The notes under the pieces are model-generated. The model was not told the DNA's origin and searched no databases. It worked only from the letters and a program-made list of their open reading frames with translations. Below, one piece after another: positions 31,650 through 41,752 of a stretch of 64,000 nt of DNA. Both the position numbers and the translations under genes were made by a program. The stretch is taken from contig CAWAWS010000006.1 in NCBI GenBank assembly GCA_963785725.1, positions 350,109 to 414,108 on the forward strand, given 5' to 3'. The stretch comes from an uncultured delta proteobacterium. GTDB lineage: Bacteria; Myxococcota_A; Polyangia; Palsa-1104. Position 1 is the stretch's first letter; every line of letters begins with the position of its first letter.

Positions 31650-32264
31650 GTGAAGCGCACCGCGAATATTTTGGCAGCCATCATCGGGCTCTCGGCCGGC
31701 TCGGCGTTCGCAGCAGACGAAGGCTGGAAAGAGTGCGGCCACAAAGACGGCGTCATCGTCGAGAAGCGGGCGGTGCCGGGCTCGCGCTTCGTCGAGAATC
31801 GCGCGCGCGGCCATCTCGCGATGGCGCCGGCGGCGGTGCTCGATCACATCTGGAACGGCGTCGCGCACGAGTATCCGCCGACGGTCACCAAGCGCATCCT
31901 GATCAGTCAGGCGCCGCAAGAGATGGTCATCTACGATCAGATCCATACGCCGGTCGTGAGCGATCGCGATCTGACGACGCGGCTGCATAAAGTGGCCGAT
32001 CCGCAGAAGGGGATCTTCGAAATCCGCTTCGAGAGCGCCAGCGACGTCGGGCCGCCGCCCGATTCGCACTACGTTCGGCTGACCAAGGTGCGCGGGCTGT
32101 GGCACATCGAGTCCGACGGCGGCGGCGGCTCCAACGTCAGCTATCAGGTCTACAGCGAGCCGGGCGGCTCGGTCCCGGCGTTCTTGGTGCGCGGCACGTT
32201 GCAAGACGAGACCATGAAGGAGCTCGAGCGCGTCATCAACGTGCTCGGTCGCGTCAGGCACTGA
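31650..32264 (+). CDS. Exported START/SRPBCC lipid-binding domain protein
   Basis: Signal peptide; W....DGV, PVVSDRD, GLW, SEPGGSVPAFL. Confidence 0.8.
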   Translation: MKRTANILAAIIGLSAGSAFAADEGWKECGHKDGVIVEKRAVPGSRFVENRARGHLAMAPAAVLDHIWNGVAHEYPPTVTKRILISQAPQEMVIYDQIHTPVVSDRDLTTRLHKVADPQKGIFEIRFESASDVGPPPDSHYVRLTKVRGLWHIESDGGGGSNVSYQVYSEPGGSVPAFLVRGTLQDETMKELERVINVLGRVRH

Positions 32265-32556
32265 CGGTGGCGATGCCGCGACGGCGGCGCGCCTCCAAGC
32301 ACTCGCGGCCGCCGGGCTCGACGACGCGACAGGGCGTCGGGCGCATGCTGTAGATGCGGCAGCCGAAGTGGCCTTGGCGCGCGCGCAGCGCGGCGCAGTG
32401 GCCGTGCAGCATGCGCAGAAAGACGCGCTCTTTTTTTCGCACGACGTAGCGCGCCGTCGACTGCACGTCGAAGCGGCACAAGTCGGCGACGTTGACGCTG
32501 ACGTACTCCTCCGGGCCGTAACAGCAGGCGCCGCAGGTCTGACAATCGAGCTGCAT
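32254..32556 (-). CDS. YkgJ family Cys-cluster (CxxCxxCC) protein
   Basis: DCQTCGACC, CAAL, CRIYSMRPTPCR. Confidence 0.9.
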   Translation of the reverse strand: MQLDCQTCGACCYGPEEYVSVNVADLCRFDVQSTARYVVRKKERVFLRMLHGHCAALRARQGHFGCRIYSMRPTPCRVVEPGGRECLEARRRRGIATVSA

Positions 32557-32561
32557 TGCTG

Positions 32562-33245
32562 CTAACGATGGGCTTTGAGATCGGTCGTCGGCGGGACGGC
32601 GGCGAGCGGCGCCTTCGTCGACGGCGGCGCCAGCGGATGCAGGTAACCCATGCGATGCAGCTCGTTGATGCGCTGGCGGAGCGCGTGCACGAAGTTGCCG
32701 GTCGAGCGGCGCACGCCGCGATTGATCGCGCTCTTGGGCGCCACGGTATCGGGCACGGCCACGAGCTCGTAGGTGATCGCCGTCTTGCCGGGCGCGAACG
32801 GCTCGATATAGAGCGCGCCCGCGTACTGCTTGAGCGAGCCGTCCACCTTGTCGAAGCTGACGCGATAGGTCTCGCCGGGCAGCTTTTGGTAGCGGTAGCG
32901 CGCCGTCACCGTCGAGACGCCGGCCGGCCAGTGCAGATCGGCGGTCAGCTCGACGAGCGCGTGATCGGAGGTCGCCTCGCGCACCCGCGACGACGTCACG
33001 CGCGGCATGAAGTCGGCGTAGCGCGCGTAATCGGTGGCGATGCGGAAGACTTCCTCGGGCGTGGCGTCGATGACGCCGATGGCCTTGCCGCGATCGATGC
33101 CGCCGCCGGCCGGGTCGTTGAACGTCAAAACTTCATAGCGGCCGAGCGCATCGAGCCGCGCCGCGTCGAGACCGGGACGGGCCGAGGCCGAGCCGGTGAG
33201 CGCGAGGAGCAACGCGCCGCCGGTGAGCAAGCGGGGAACGAACAT
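32562..33245 (-). CDS. Exported SRPBCC/polyketide-cyclase-like protein
   Basis: Signal peptide; IDATPEEVF..TDYARYADFMP, GSLK..G. Confidence 0.8.
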   Translation of the reverse strand: MFVPRLLTGGALLLALTGSASARPGLDAARLDALGRYEVLTFNDPAGGGIDRGKAIGVIDATPEEVFRIATDYARYADFMPRVTSSRVREATSDHALVELTADLHWPAGVSTVTARYRYQKLPGETYRVSFDKVDGSLKQYAGALYIEPFAPGKTAITYELVAVPDTVAPKSAINRGVRRSTGNFVHALRQRINELHRMGYLHPLAPPSTKAPLAAVPPTTDLKAHR

Positions 33246-33273
33246 GCTAGCGTCAAAAGCTACCAGTCCGCCG

Positions 33274-34512
33274 ATGGCCCGTCAACGAGACCTGGAGTGC
33301 GCGCGCGGGCTTTTCGCGCGGCTGTTGCAAGCTGGTTTCAGCGACGAGGGCGTGCGGCGCTGGTTCGGCGTGCCGCGTGTAACCGATGCGCGCTGGGCGC
33401 CGCCGCCGTCGCCCGCGCTGCGCCCACGCCGCGGCATCGGCGGCTTTATCGCGCTGTGGGTGGCCGGTGAAGCCGTGGACGCGGCGGCGCTGCGGCCGGC
33501 GCCGACCGCCGACGAACGCGCGGCGCTGGTCGCGCTCGAGCTGACCGGCGATGACGGCGCGCGCTTGACGCCGCGCGTGCGCGTCTTGCCGTGGCGCGGG
33601 CTCGTCGTCGCCAGCGCCGCCGACGAAGCGTTCGACCTCTCGGCGCTCAATGTCGCGGCGTCGCTCGACGTCGCCGCGCTGGCCGCGAGCGCGGGCACGC
33701 TGTGGGACGTCGGCTGCGGCGCCGGGCTGTTGGCGCTCGTCGCGCGCCGGGCGGGCGCGCGCGTCTTCGCCAGCGACGTCGACGGCGCGCTCGTCGCGCA
33801 AGCGCGAGACAACGCCGCGCTCAACGGCCTCGCGATCGAAGGCGCGACCGGCGATCTCCTATCGGCCGCTCCGGCTGACGCGCGCTTCGATACGATCGTA
33901 TTCAATGCGCCGTTATTGCGTGCACCACTGGCCGCTGCCACGGGTGAAGCGCCGCGCTATTCGTCGGCTGCGGGCGGGGAAGCGTTGGCGCTGGCGTTTC
34001 TCGACGGGGTCGCCGCGCATCTGGCGCCGTCGGGACGCGTGCTCTTGCACGCGCAGCTGACGCCGGCCGTGGCGCGCGCGCTCGACGGCTGGGCGGCGCG
34101 CGCCGCGGTCACGAGCGTCGTGTTCGCGTACGCGCCCGACGGCACGCCGCACGCGCTGACCGAGATCGCGACCGGCGGCGCGGCCGGCGTGCGGCGCGTC
34201 GACGTGCCGCTGTCGCCGGCCTGTCCGCACTTGTCGCGCGCCATCTTCGCCGCGCTCGCCCGCTCGCGGACTCTCGACGATGCCGCGACGCCGACGGTCG
34301 CGCCCTGGCTCGAGCTGCGGACGAGCGAGCACTTCGCCGCAGGCGGGCGGCGCACGATCGAACGCCGCTTCGGCGGTCGCGTCCTCGATGACGACGACTT
34401 GGCGCTGCTCGATCGGCTGCGCGGTCAGTCGCTGGTGGAGCTGGCGTTATCGGCGGACGAGCGCGCGCGTCTCGACATCCTGGTCGCGCAGGGCTTCGTC
34501 AGCGCGGGCTGA
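33274..34512 (+). CDS. Class I SAM-dependent methyltransferase (HemK/MTS-like)
   Basis: WDVGCGAG, ASDVD, GDLL, FDTIVFNAP, HLAPSG. Confidence 0.82.
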   Translation: MARQRDLECARGLFARLLQAGFSDEGVRRWFGVPRVTDARWAPPPSPALRPRRGIGGFIALWVAGEAVDAAALRPAPTADERAALVALELTGDDGARLTPRVRVLPWRGLVVASAADEAFDLSALNVAASLDVAALAASAGTLWDVGCGAGLLALVARRAGARVFASDVDGALVAQARDNAALNGLAIEGATGDLLSAAPADARFDTIVFNAPLLRAPLAAATGEAPRYSSAAGGEALALAFLDGVAAHLAPSGRVLLHAQLTPAVARALDGWAARAAVTSVVFAYAPDGTPHALTEIATGGAAGVRRVDVPLSPACPHLSRAIFAALARSRTLDDAATPTVAPWLELRTSEHFAAGGRRTIERRFGGRVLDDDDLALLDRLRGQSLVELALSADERARLDILVAQGFVSAG

Positions 34513-35668
34513 GCGGCGCGTCCGTCGCCGTCGCCGGCAGCGGTCGCGCGAACGGCAGCCGCACCGTGAACGTCGTGCCGCGGCCCGGCTCGCTGTGCGC
34601 TTGCACGTCGCCGCCGAGCGTCTGCACGATCTCGTGCACGACGGCCAAGCCGAAGCCGCGCGCCACATCCTGCGTCTTGGTCGACACGAAGGGCTCGAAC
34701 ACGCGCGGCAACAGCTCGGGCGCGATACCCACCCCGGTATCCTCGACTTGCAGCACCGCGCGCAGCTCTTCGGCGAACACGCGAATGACGACGCGCCGCT
34801 CGCGATCGCTCGTCAGCGCTTCCACGGCGTTCATGAGGAGGTTGACGACGATCTGCGAGATCTGCGTCGCTTCGGCGGCGACCGGCGCCACGTCTTCGAC
34901 GTCGATGACGAGCTCGGCGCGCTGCCGGATCTCGCGCTCGACGATCGCCAAAGCCGCGTCGAGCGCGCGCTTCAGATCGGTCGACGTGCGCGGTGCGGTC
35001 GGCGAATCGCCGCGGCGGAAGCGATCGATGCGGCCGACGAGCTCGCGGCTGGCCAGCGCCGTCTCGCGCGCCGCCGTCAGCACGTCGGTCACGAGCGCCG
35101 CCACGTCCGCCGGCAGCTCGCTCGCCCGACGCGACAAGCCGGTCAAGGAGTCGGCGATCCACTCGACGTTCGTGTTGACCGTAGCCGCCGGGTTGGCCAG
35201 CTCGTGCAAGACCCGGCCGAGCAGATAGGTCGTCGTCGCCTGTTGCTCGCTTTGCAAGAGGCGCACTTGCAGCTCGCGCGTCATGACCCCCAGCTGATGC
35301 GCCTCGATCGCCGCGCGCAAGACCTCGGCCATCTGCTCTTCGCGCCAGGGCTTGAAGAGATAGCGGCTCACTTGACCGGCGTTGATGGCGGCGACGGCCG
35401 CGGTGACGTCGGCATAGGCGGTGACGATGACGCGCACGACGTCGGGATGGCGCTCGCGCACGAGGCGGCACAGCTCGACGCCGGTCATGCCCGGCATGCG
35501 CTGATCGGCGAGCAGGACCGCCGTCGGCGTCGTCGCCAGAAGCTGCAGCGCCGCGTCGCCGCTCGCGGCCGTCACGACGTCGAACAGCTCGTCGAAGCAG
35601 TACTTGAACGAGGTCAAGTTGGCCGCTTCGTCGTCGACGTACAGGATCTTGTAGCCGCGATAGTTCAC
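34499..35668 (-). CDS. Hybrid response regulator/histidine kinase (REC-HisKA-HATPase)
   Basis: ILYVDDE, ADQRMPGMTG, KPW; HELANP, NLLMNA, DTGVG, GFGL. Confidence 0.92.
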   Translation of the reverse strand: MNYRGYKILYVDDEAANLTSFKYCFDELFDVVTAASGDAALQLLATTPTAVLLADQRMPGMTGVELCRLVRERHPDVVRVIVTAYADVTAAVAAINAGQVSRYLFKPWREEQMAEVLRAAIEAHQLGVMTRELQVRLLQSEQQATTTYLLGRVLHELANPAATVNTNVEWIADSLTGLSRRASELPADVAALVTDVLTAARETALASRELVGRIDRFRRGDSPTAPRTSTDLKRALDAALAIVEREIRQRAELVIDVEDVAPVAAEATQISQIVVNLLMNAVEALTSDRERRVVIRVFAEELRAVLQVEDTGVGIAPELLPRVFEPFVSTKTQDVARGFGLAVVHEIVQTLGGDVQAHSEPGRGTTFTVRLPFARPLPATATDAPLSPR

Positions 35669-38572
35669 GCCCGAGCCTCGTTTGGCGGAGCGGGGAGCCA
35701 AATGCGAAAGCAGGCGCCCCGAAGCCGCGATGTTAACACGTCGATCGTTCCGCCATGCTCGTGCACGATGCGGCGCGTGATGTGCAAGCCGAGGCCGCTG
35801 CCTTCGCCGGCCGGGCGCGTCGTGAAGAACGGGTCGAAGATGCGCGCGCGTAATTCGTCGGGCACGCCGCGGCCGGAGTCGGAGAACGACAAGACGGCGC
35901 CGCCGTCGCGCGCTTCGGTCTGCACCTCGATGACGCCGGCGTCGCCGCTCTCGTGCACGGCGTGGATGGCGTTGTCGAGCAGGTTGACGAACACTTGGTT
36001 GAGCGCCGCCGGGCGCGCCAACACGAGGCCGCGGAACTCGAAGCGGCGGCGAATGTCGACGGCCCCGGGCGCGCGATGGCTGAGCACGCGAATGGCGGCC
36101 TCGATGCCTTCGTGCGGATCCCACAAGCGCGGCCCTTGGCGATCGGGCTGTCCGAGATCGAGCAGATCGCCGACGAGCCGGCTGACGCGCTCGGCGCACT
36201 CGATGGCCACGTCGACCATCTCGCGCGCTTGGGGCCGCACCGGCGCCGTCTCCAGCTCGCGGCGCAGCTTGGGCAGGCCCGACAAGATGGCGCCGATGGG
36301 ATTACGCACCTCGTGCGCCAGGCCGGCGGCGAGCTGCCCGAGCGTCGCCAGCTTCTCGCGGTGCACCGCTTCGTCGAGGAGCGTGCGCAGGCGCAGCTGC
36401 ACGTCGAGGCGCGCCAGCAGCTCGTCGGGATGGAACGGCTTGGCGATGTAGTCGTCGGCGCCCGCGGAAAAGCCGTGCAGCGCCCACTCGGTGTGCTGGC
36501 GCGCGGTCAGGAGCAGCACCGGCGTCGTCGGCGCGCTGCGTTTGATGTGCGCGCACAGCGCGTAGCCGTTCATGCCCGCCATCATGACGTCGCTGACGAC
36601 GGCGTCGGGGCGGCGCGCGGCGACGGCGGCCAGCGCCTCTTCCGCGCTCGCGCACTCGATGACGGCGTATTTGCGGCCGAGGACGCCGGCGATGAAGCCG
36701 CGCATGTCGGCGTGATCTTCGACGACGAGGATGCGCGGCGCCGTCGCCGGCAGCGTCGTCGTGAGCGAAGCCGGCGCGCCCACTTCCGCCGCCACCAAGG
36801 CCTCGACGGCGTAGGCGCGCAGCGGCACTGGAATGTCGCGCGCGGCGTGTGCGCCGGCCGGCTGCCGCACCGGCAACGTGACGGTGAACGTCGCGCCTTG
36901 GCCGGGCGCGCTGGCCACGCCGACCGTGCCGTGATGCAGCTCGACCAGCTCTTTGACGAGCGCGAGGCCAATGCCGCTGCCGGCGGCGCCCGGCGCCTCG
37001 GGCCGCTCGAAGCGCGTGAAGCGCTCGAAGATCTGCGCGCCGAGCTCGACGGGAATTCCGGGCCCGCTGTCGGCGACGGTGACGACGAGCGCGTCGCCGG
37101 CGGTCGCGCGCGTGACGGCGACGTCGACGTGGCCGCCGGCGGGCGTGAACTTGAGCGCGTTCGACAGCAAGTTGGCGAAGACGAACTCGAGCCGGCGCGC
37201 GTCACCTTCGATCGTCGGCTGCGCGGTCGCCGCCAGCGTCAGCTGCAGCTCGCGCCGGCGCGCCAGCGGCTGAAACTGCTCGACGGTGCGCTCGAGCGTG
37301 GCGACGAGGTCGAGCGCCTCCGTTTGCAAGCGCAGCTGCCCGGCCTGCAGGCGCGCCAGATCGAGCAGGTCGTCGACCATGGCGTTGAGCCGCACGGCGT
37401 TGCGCTTCACCAGCAGCAGCTCGTCTCGATGCTTTTGATGATCGTCGTCATTATTGGCGTCGTGCGCCAGTAAGTCTTCGAGCGGACCCAAAGATCAGCG
37501 TCAACGGCGTGCGCAGCTCGTGCGAGACGTTGGCCAAGAACTCGTCTTTGACTTGCGACAGCTGCTCGAGCCGGCTCAGCGACTCGGCCAGCTTCAGCGT
37601 CGTCAAGCGCAGCTCGGCCGTGCGCGTCTCCACCTTCGACTCGACGTCGCGCTTGGCCGCCTCCAGCTCGACGAAGCGCCGCTCCATCGCCTGCGCGGCC
37701 TCGGTGAGCGCGCGATTTTGCTCCTCGGTGAAGCGGGTCAGCTCGCGCTGCTGGCGGCGATCGTCGAGCACGCGGCCGGCGAGCGCGCCGAGGACGCCGG
37801 CGACGAGCGCGGTCGGCCAATGTCCGAGCGACAGCGGCGCGCCATGAACGGTGACGAGCGGCGCCCAATGGACGACGGCCAAGGCGGCGCCGAGGCTGCC
37901 GACGGCGCCGGCGAGCGTGCCGCGGATGCCGGCGCGCTCGGCCCAGTGCAGGCGATAGAGGCAGCGGGCGTCCCCGCGCGTTTGGCACTCGAGCTCCTCG
38001 ATCGTCGCCGCCGGCAGGCTCCACAGCGTCGGGCCGGCGGCCAGCTGCTCCTTGCGCAGCCGGCAGATGAGCGGCGAGCGCTCGCGCAGCGCCGGCGACG
38101 CCGGGCGATATTCGATCTCGGCGCGACCGCGCGCCACCGCCGACACTTGCACGAGGCTTACTTTGTTGAGCACGCCGACGAACTGCGGCAGCCGGACATA
38201 ACCGGCGCCGGGCGATCCGAAGGCGCGCAGGAGCGGATAGAGATAGCCCAACGCCTTGGGCGAGTAGGCGGCGCGCGTCGTCTCGGTCGCCAGCACGTCG
38301 GCGCCGAGGCGCGCGGCCAGCCAGTCGGTGAGCGCCTCGCAGAAGCGCAAGGAGACCCAGTTCGTCTCGTCGCGCAGGTCGGTGAGGCTCACGTCCCAGC
38401 TCGCGAGCAAGGGCGGCAGCTCGGTGGCAAACGGCGTCGCCAGATCGAGCAGCGGCTGCAGGTAGCGCGCGCTCAGCTCGAGCGCCAAGGCGCGGGTCGC
38501 CGCCGGCGTTGCCGTGGTGGAAGGCAGAGGCGCAGCCGTCGTCGTCGTCGTTGGTGTCGTTGTCGGTGTCAC
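35665..38572 (-). CDS. Hybrid sensor kinase: V4R/H-NOX-like sensor, 2 TM, HisKA-HATPase-REC-HisKA-HATPase; one-base frameshift near 37490
   Basis: ECQTRGDARC motif; SHELRTPLTLI continues as GPLEDLL in next frame; NLLSNALKFT; SDVMM; AHEVRNP; GLGL. Confidence 0.88.
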
Positions 38573-39345
38573 GGGGGATTCCGCGCGGCGGCGAACCAGC
38601 CGGCGGCGCAGGCGAAGGCGTCGGGGCGCGCGGCCCAACGGCGCAGGTCGGCCCACGCTTCGGCCGGATCGGCGACGAGATCGCTGTCGACCGGGCGCGC
38701 GGCCGGCGCCAAGAAGACGTCGACGAACGTCGGCGGCGCGACCTGCTCGGTCGTCACCGGCAAGACCTCGGCGCGCGGCTGCACGAAGCCGGCCTCGACG
38801 AGCAGGCGACGCAGCGCGCGGCCGATGAAGGGATCGCCGCCGCGTCGTCGCGCCGACTGCACGAGCGCGGCGCGCAAGACGGCCCAGCGCGGCGGCTCCG
38901 GATCGAAGAAGAGCGCGCCGTCATCGGCGTCGATGGCGAGGACGAGGCCGCCCGGCGCGAGCACGCGGCGCGCTTCGGCCAACAGCGCCGCCGGCGCCGG
39001 CACGTGACGCAGCACGAAGCGGAAGAGCACGACGTCGACGCTGCCGTCGGCGAGCGGCAGCGCGGCGCCGTCGGCGCGCGCCACGGTCGCGACGCTGCGC
39101 GCGCGCTGCAAATGCGCGGCCGACATGTCGACGGCGACGAGCGATCGCGGCGCGAAGTCCTGTCGCAGCGGCGCCAAGAGCGCGCCCGCGCCGCAGCCCA
39201 CCTCGAGCACGCGCGCGCCGTCGCCGAGACCGAGCCGACGCAAGAGCGCGCTCTCTTGGTTCCACAAGCGCGTCACTTGGTCGCGCAGCCGGGCCGCTTC
39301 CTGGCGCGCCTCGGCGTCGCTGCCGGCGTCGTAGCTGCCGCTCAT
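38569..39345 (-). CDS. Class I SAM-dependent methyltransferase
   Basis: GGAGG RBS + ATG 39345; VLEVGCGAG, ADGAALPLADGSVD, RVLAPGG, DPFIGR. Confidence 0.88.
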   Translation of the reverse strand: MSGSYDAGSDAEARQEAARLRDQVTRLWNQESALLRRLGLGDGARVLEVGCGAGALLAPLRQDFAPRSLVAVDMSAAHLQRARSVATVARADGAALPLADGSVDVVLFRFVLRHVPAPAALLAEARRVLAPGGLVLAIDADDGALFFDPEPPRWAVLRAALVQSARRRGGDPFIGRALRRLLVEAGFVQPRAEVLPVTTEQVAPPTFVDVFLAPAARPVDSDLVADPAEAWADLRRWAARPDAFACAAGWFAAARNPP

Positions 39346-41625
39346 GCCGCCTCCGTCGTGCGTGCGCGTAGACGTCCGTGCAGGAACCCATAACGACTGG
39401 CCACGTAGCGATGATACTCCTGCAAACCGTAGCGGTGCATCGCGTACAAGGTGCAGCCGGCGACGCGTCGCATGCCGGCCGCGCGCAGGTGCGCTTCGTC
39501 GATCGACTCGGGCACGAGCAGGAAGCGAAAAGGCGGATTGCCCGGCAGCGGCTGCGTCAGGAGCACGTCGCACAAGGCGTGAATGTCGGCCGCCAGAATC
39601 GCGCTCGGCCACGGGGATCAGCACGCCCGCCGACAACAGCGAGCTCAGGCTCAAGCCCGGCGACGCCAGCTCGCGCAAGAGGACCGCGCGCGGTCGGCCG
39701 CCGGCGAAGCTGCCCCAGGCTTCGCGGGCGCGAACCAGCCCGACTTTGGCGTAGGCGGCGCGCGTCGCCGGCATGCCAATCTCGCCCGGCCTGAGGCCGA
39801 GCGCGCGCGCGCAGATCGGGTCGAGCACGCGCGACGCCGCGTGCTCGACGAGCGACTCCTCGGCGCGGCGCAGCCGGCGCACGCCCTTCGGCGCCGGCGC
39901 GGCGCGGCGGCTCTCGGCCGTCCACAGGACGAAGCGCGTGGCGCCGCGATGCTCCGGCGTCGACCACTCGTCGAAGAACGCGTCCATGACGGCATGCTGC
40001 GAGCGCGCGTCCTCGTCGATGTAGCCGCACACGTATTCGCCGTCGGGCCGCGGAATCGCCAGCCGCACGAGGAGGCTGTGCAGCATGCCGGGATTGGCCG
40101 GCACCGCCGGCGACGCCACCGCGCTGTGCTGCAGCACCCACGTCGTCTCGTAGGCGCGCACCAGCGTCAACGTCGCGCCCACGCCGCCTTTCCAGCGGAT
40201 GAACGCCGTGCGCATGAGCCCGTCGGGATGTCGATGCGCCGTCTGCCACTGGGTGCGCGTGGCGTCGCGCGCGGCGTCGAGGTTGCGGCCCATCTCGTTC
40301 TCGAGCAGGTGCACCGACTGATGAAAGCGCACGATGTCGTCCAGATTGTCGCCGTCCGATAATTCGATGGGCTTGACCGCGAGCCGCGCCAGCTCGACGC
40401 GAAAACGATCGCTCTGCAGCTCCGAGAGCTGTCCGAGCTCGACGCCGCAGCGATGCGCCGACAGCGTCCGCACCGTCGCCGCGCTCGGCCGGATCGTCAG
40501 CGGGCTGCCGACACCGGGGAGGATGAGGCGCGCGTCGTCGAGCGGCAGGCCGGGCCAGATGGCCTCGTCGTCGGGCTCGCGGCGGAAGCCGACGCCGTGC
40601 GCCGACGCGTCCTCGACCGCGCGCTGCGAGCGGCGCCGCGTCACCGGGTGCACGAACTCGAAGCGGGCCACGCCGTCGCCGAGCACCAGCCGCTCCTCGT
40701 CGCGGCGGTGCCATTCGCGCACGACCGGCGCCGGGTTGAGCATGAGCACGCGGCCGACCATGCCCGTCAAGCGCGCGTAAAAACGATAGCCCGAGCCGTA
40801 CAGCGCGCACTCGAGCTGCACCGCGCCCACCGCCGGCGTCGCGTCGCCGCGCTCGAGCGTGCAGCGCATCGCCGGCAAGGCGTCGCGCGGCCCTTTGATC
40901 GGCTCGAGCCGGCCGCGCAGCAGCTGATGTCCGATACGCAGCGTCACCGGATGGCTCAAGTCGCACAGCGCCCACAAGATGCCGCGCACGCGCGTCGGCT
41001 CCGAGATCTCGAGCTGCTCGGCCGGATCGTCGTCGAGCGGCGCTTCGGTGGGCGCGCGCAGTCGCACCGAGCACTCGAAGCTGTGCCGTCCGAAGGGATC
41101 GACCACCTCGGCGCAGCTGAGCACGCTGCCTTCGGCGACGCGCACGATCTCGTTGTTCAAGATGATCGTGAGGCGCCGAAGGTGCGTGCCGCGCGTGAAC
41201 GGGTAGCTCGACTGCAGCCTGAGCGCGCGCAGCCCGATGTCGAGGATCGGCTGGCAGCACAGGCCGAGGCCGGCGCCGTCGGCGACGAACAGCGCCACCA
41301 TGCGGCCGGCCGGCGGGCTCACGCGCGCGCCGCGCGGCGGTCGCGGCTCGGGCCCGCGCTTGACGACGAAGCGCGCGCCGCGATCGAGCAGCTCGGTGAC
41401 GACGGCGTTGACGACGTAGGCGCTGCCGTCGAGCTGAAAGTCGATGGTCGCGTGCGTGCCCGGCTGCAGCTGTCGGCGCACCGGCGACAGCGTCACCACC
41501 GTCTCCCCGCGCCGCTGCGCGACGTCGTCGATGAGCGTCTGCAGCCGCGGCTCGGCAACCGAAGTGCGCAGCGATGCCGGCGTGAGCAGGCGGGCCGCGC
41601 GTCGCAACAACGAGGCTTGTGCCAC
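39342..41625 (-). CDS. Multi-PilZ-like protein with C-terminal GNAT/acyltransferase-like region; one-base frameshift near 39597
   Basis: RDEER (RxxxR) and DASAHG (DxSxxG) PilZ motifs; true C-terminus in ORF 39342..39575 whose TGA overlaps the methyltransferase ATG; start GTG 41625 or ATG 41631; GNAT call is inferred from secondary-structure pattern only. Confidence 0.7.
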
Positions 41626-41752
41626 GATCATATCCTACCGATTTGGCGCATTCCGTCCGTAATGCCGCGTGCAATCCAACGTGACTCGCGTCGCGACCGC
41701 CAAGCTACAGTGTGATCGGCGGTGCGATTTGCACGCGTGCTAGTGTCCGCTG

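Noticed and set aside
38569..41631. 1020-aa PilZ-methyltransferase fusion ORF
   Set aside because: The joining segment is Arg-rich shadow sequence; a one-base correction near 39597 gives a natural C-terminus whose stop overlaps an RBS-preceded ATG at 39345
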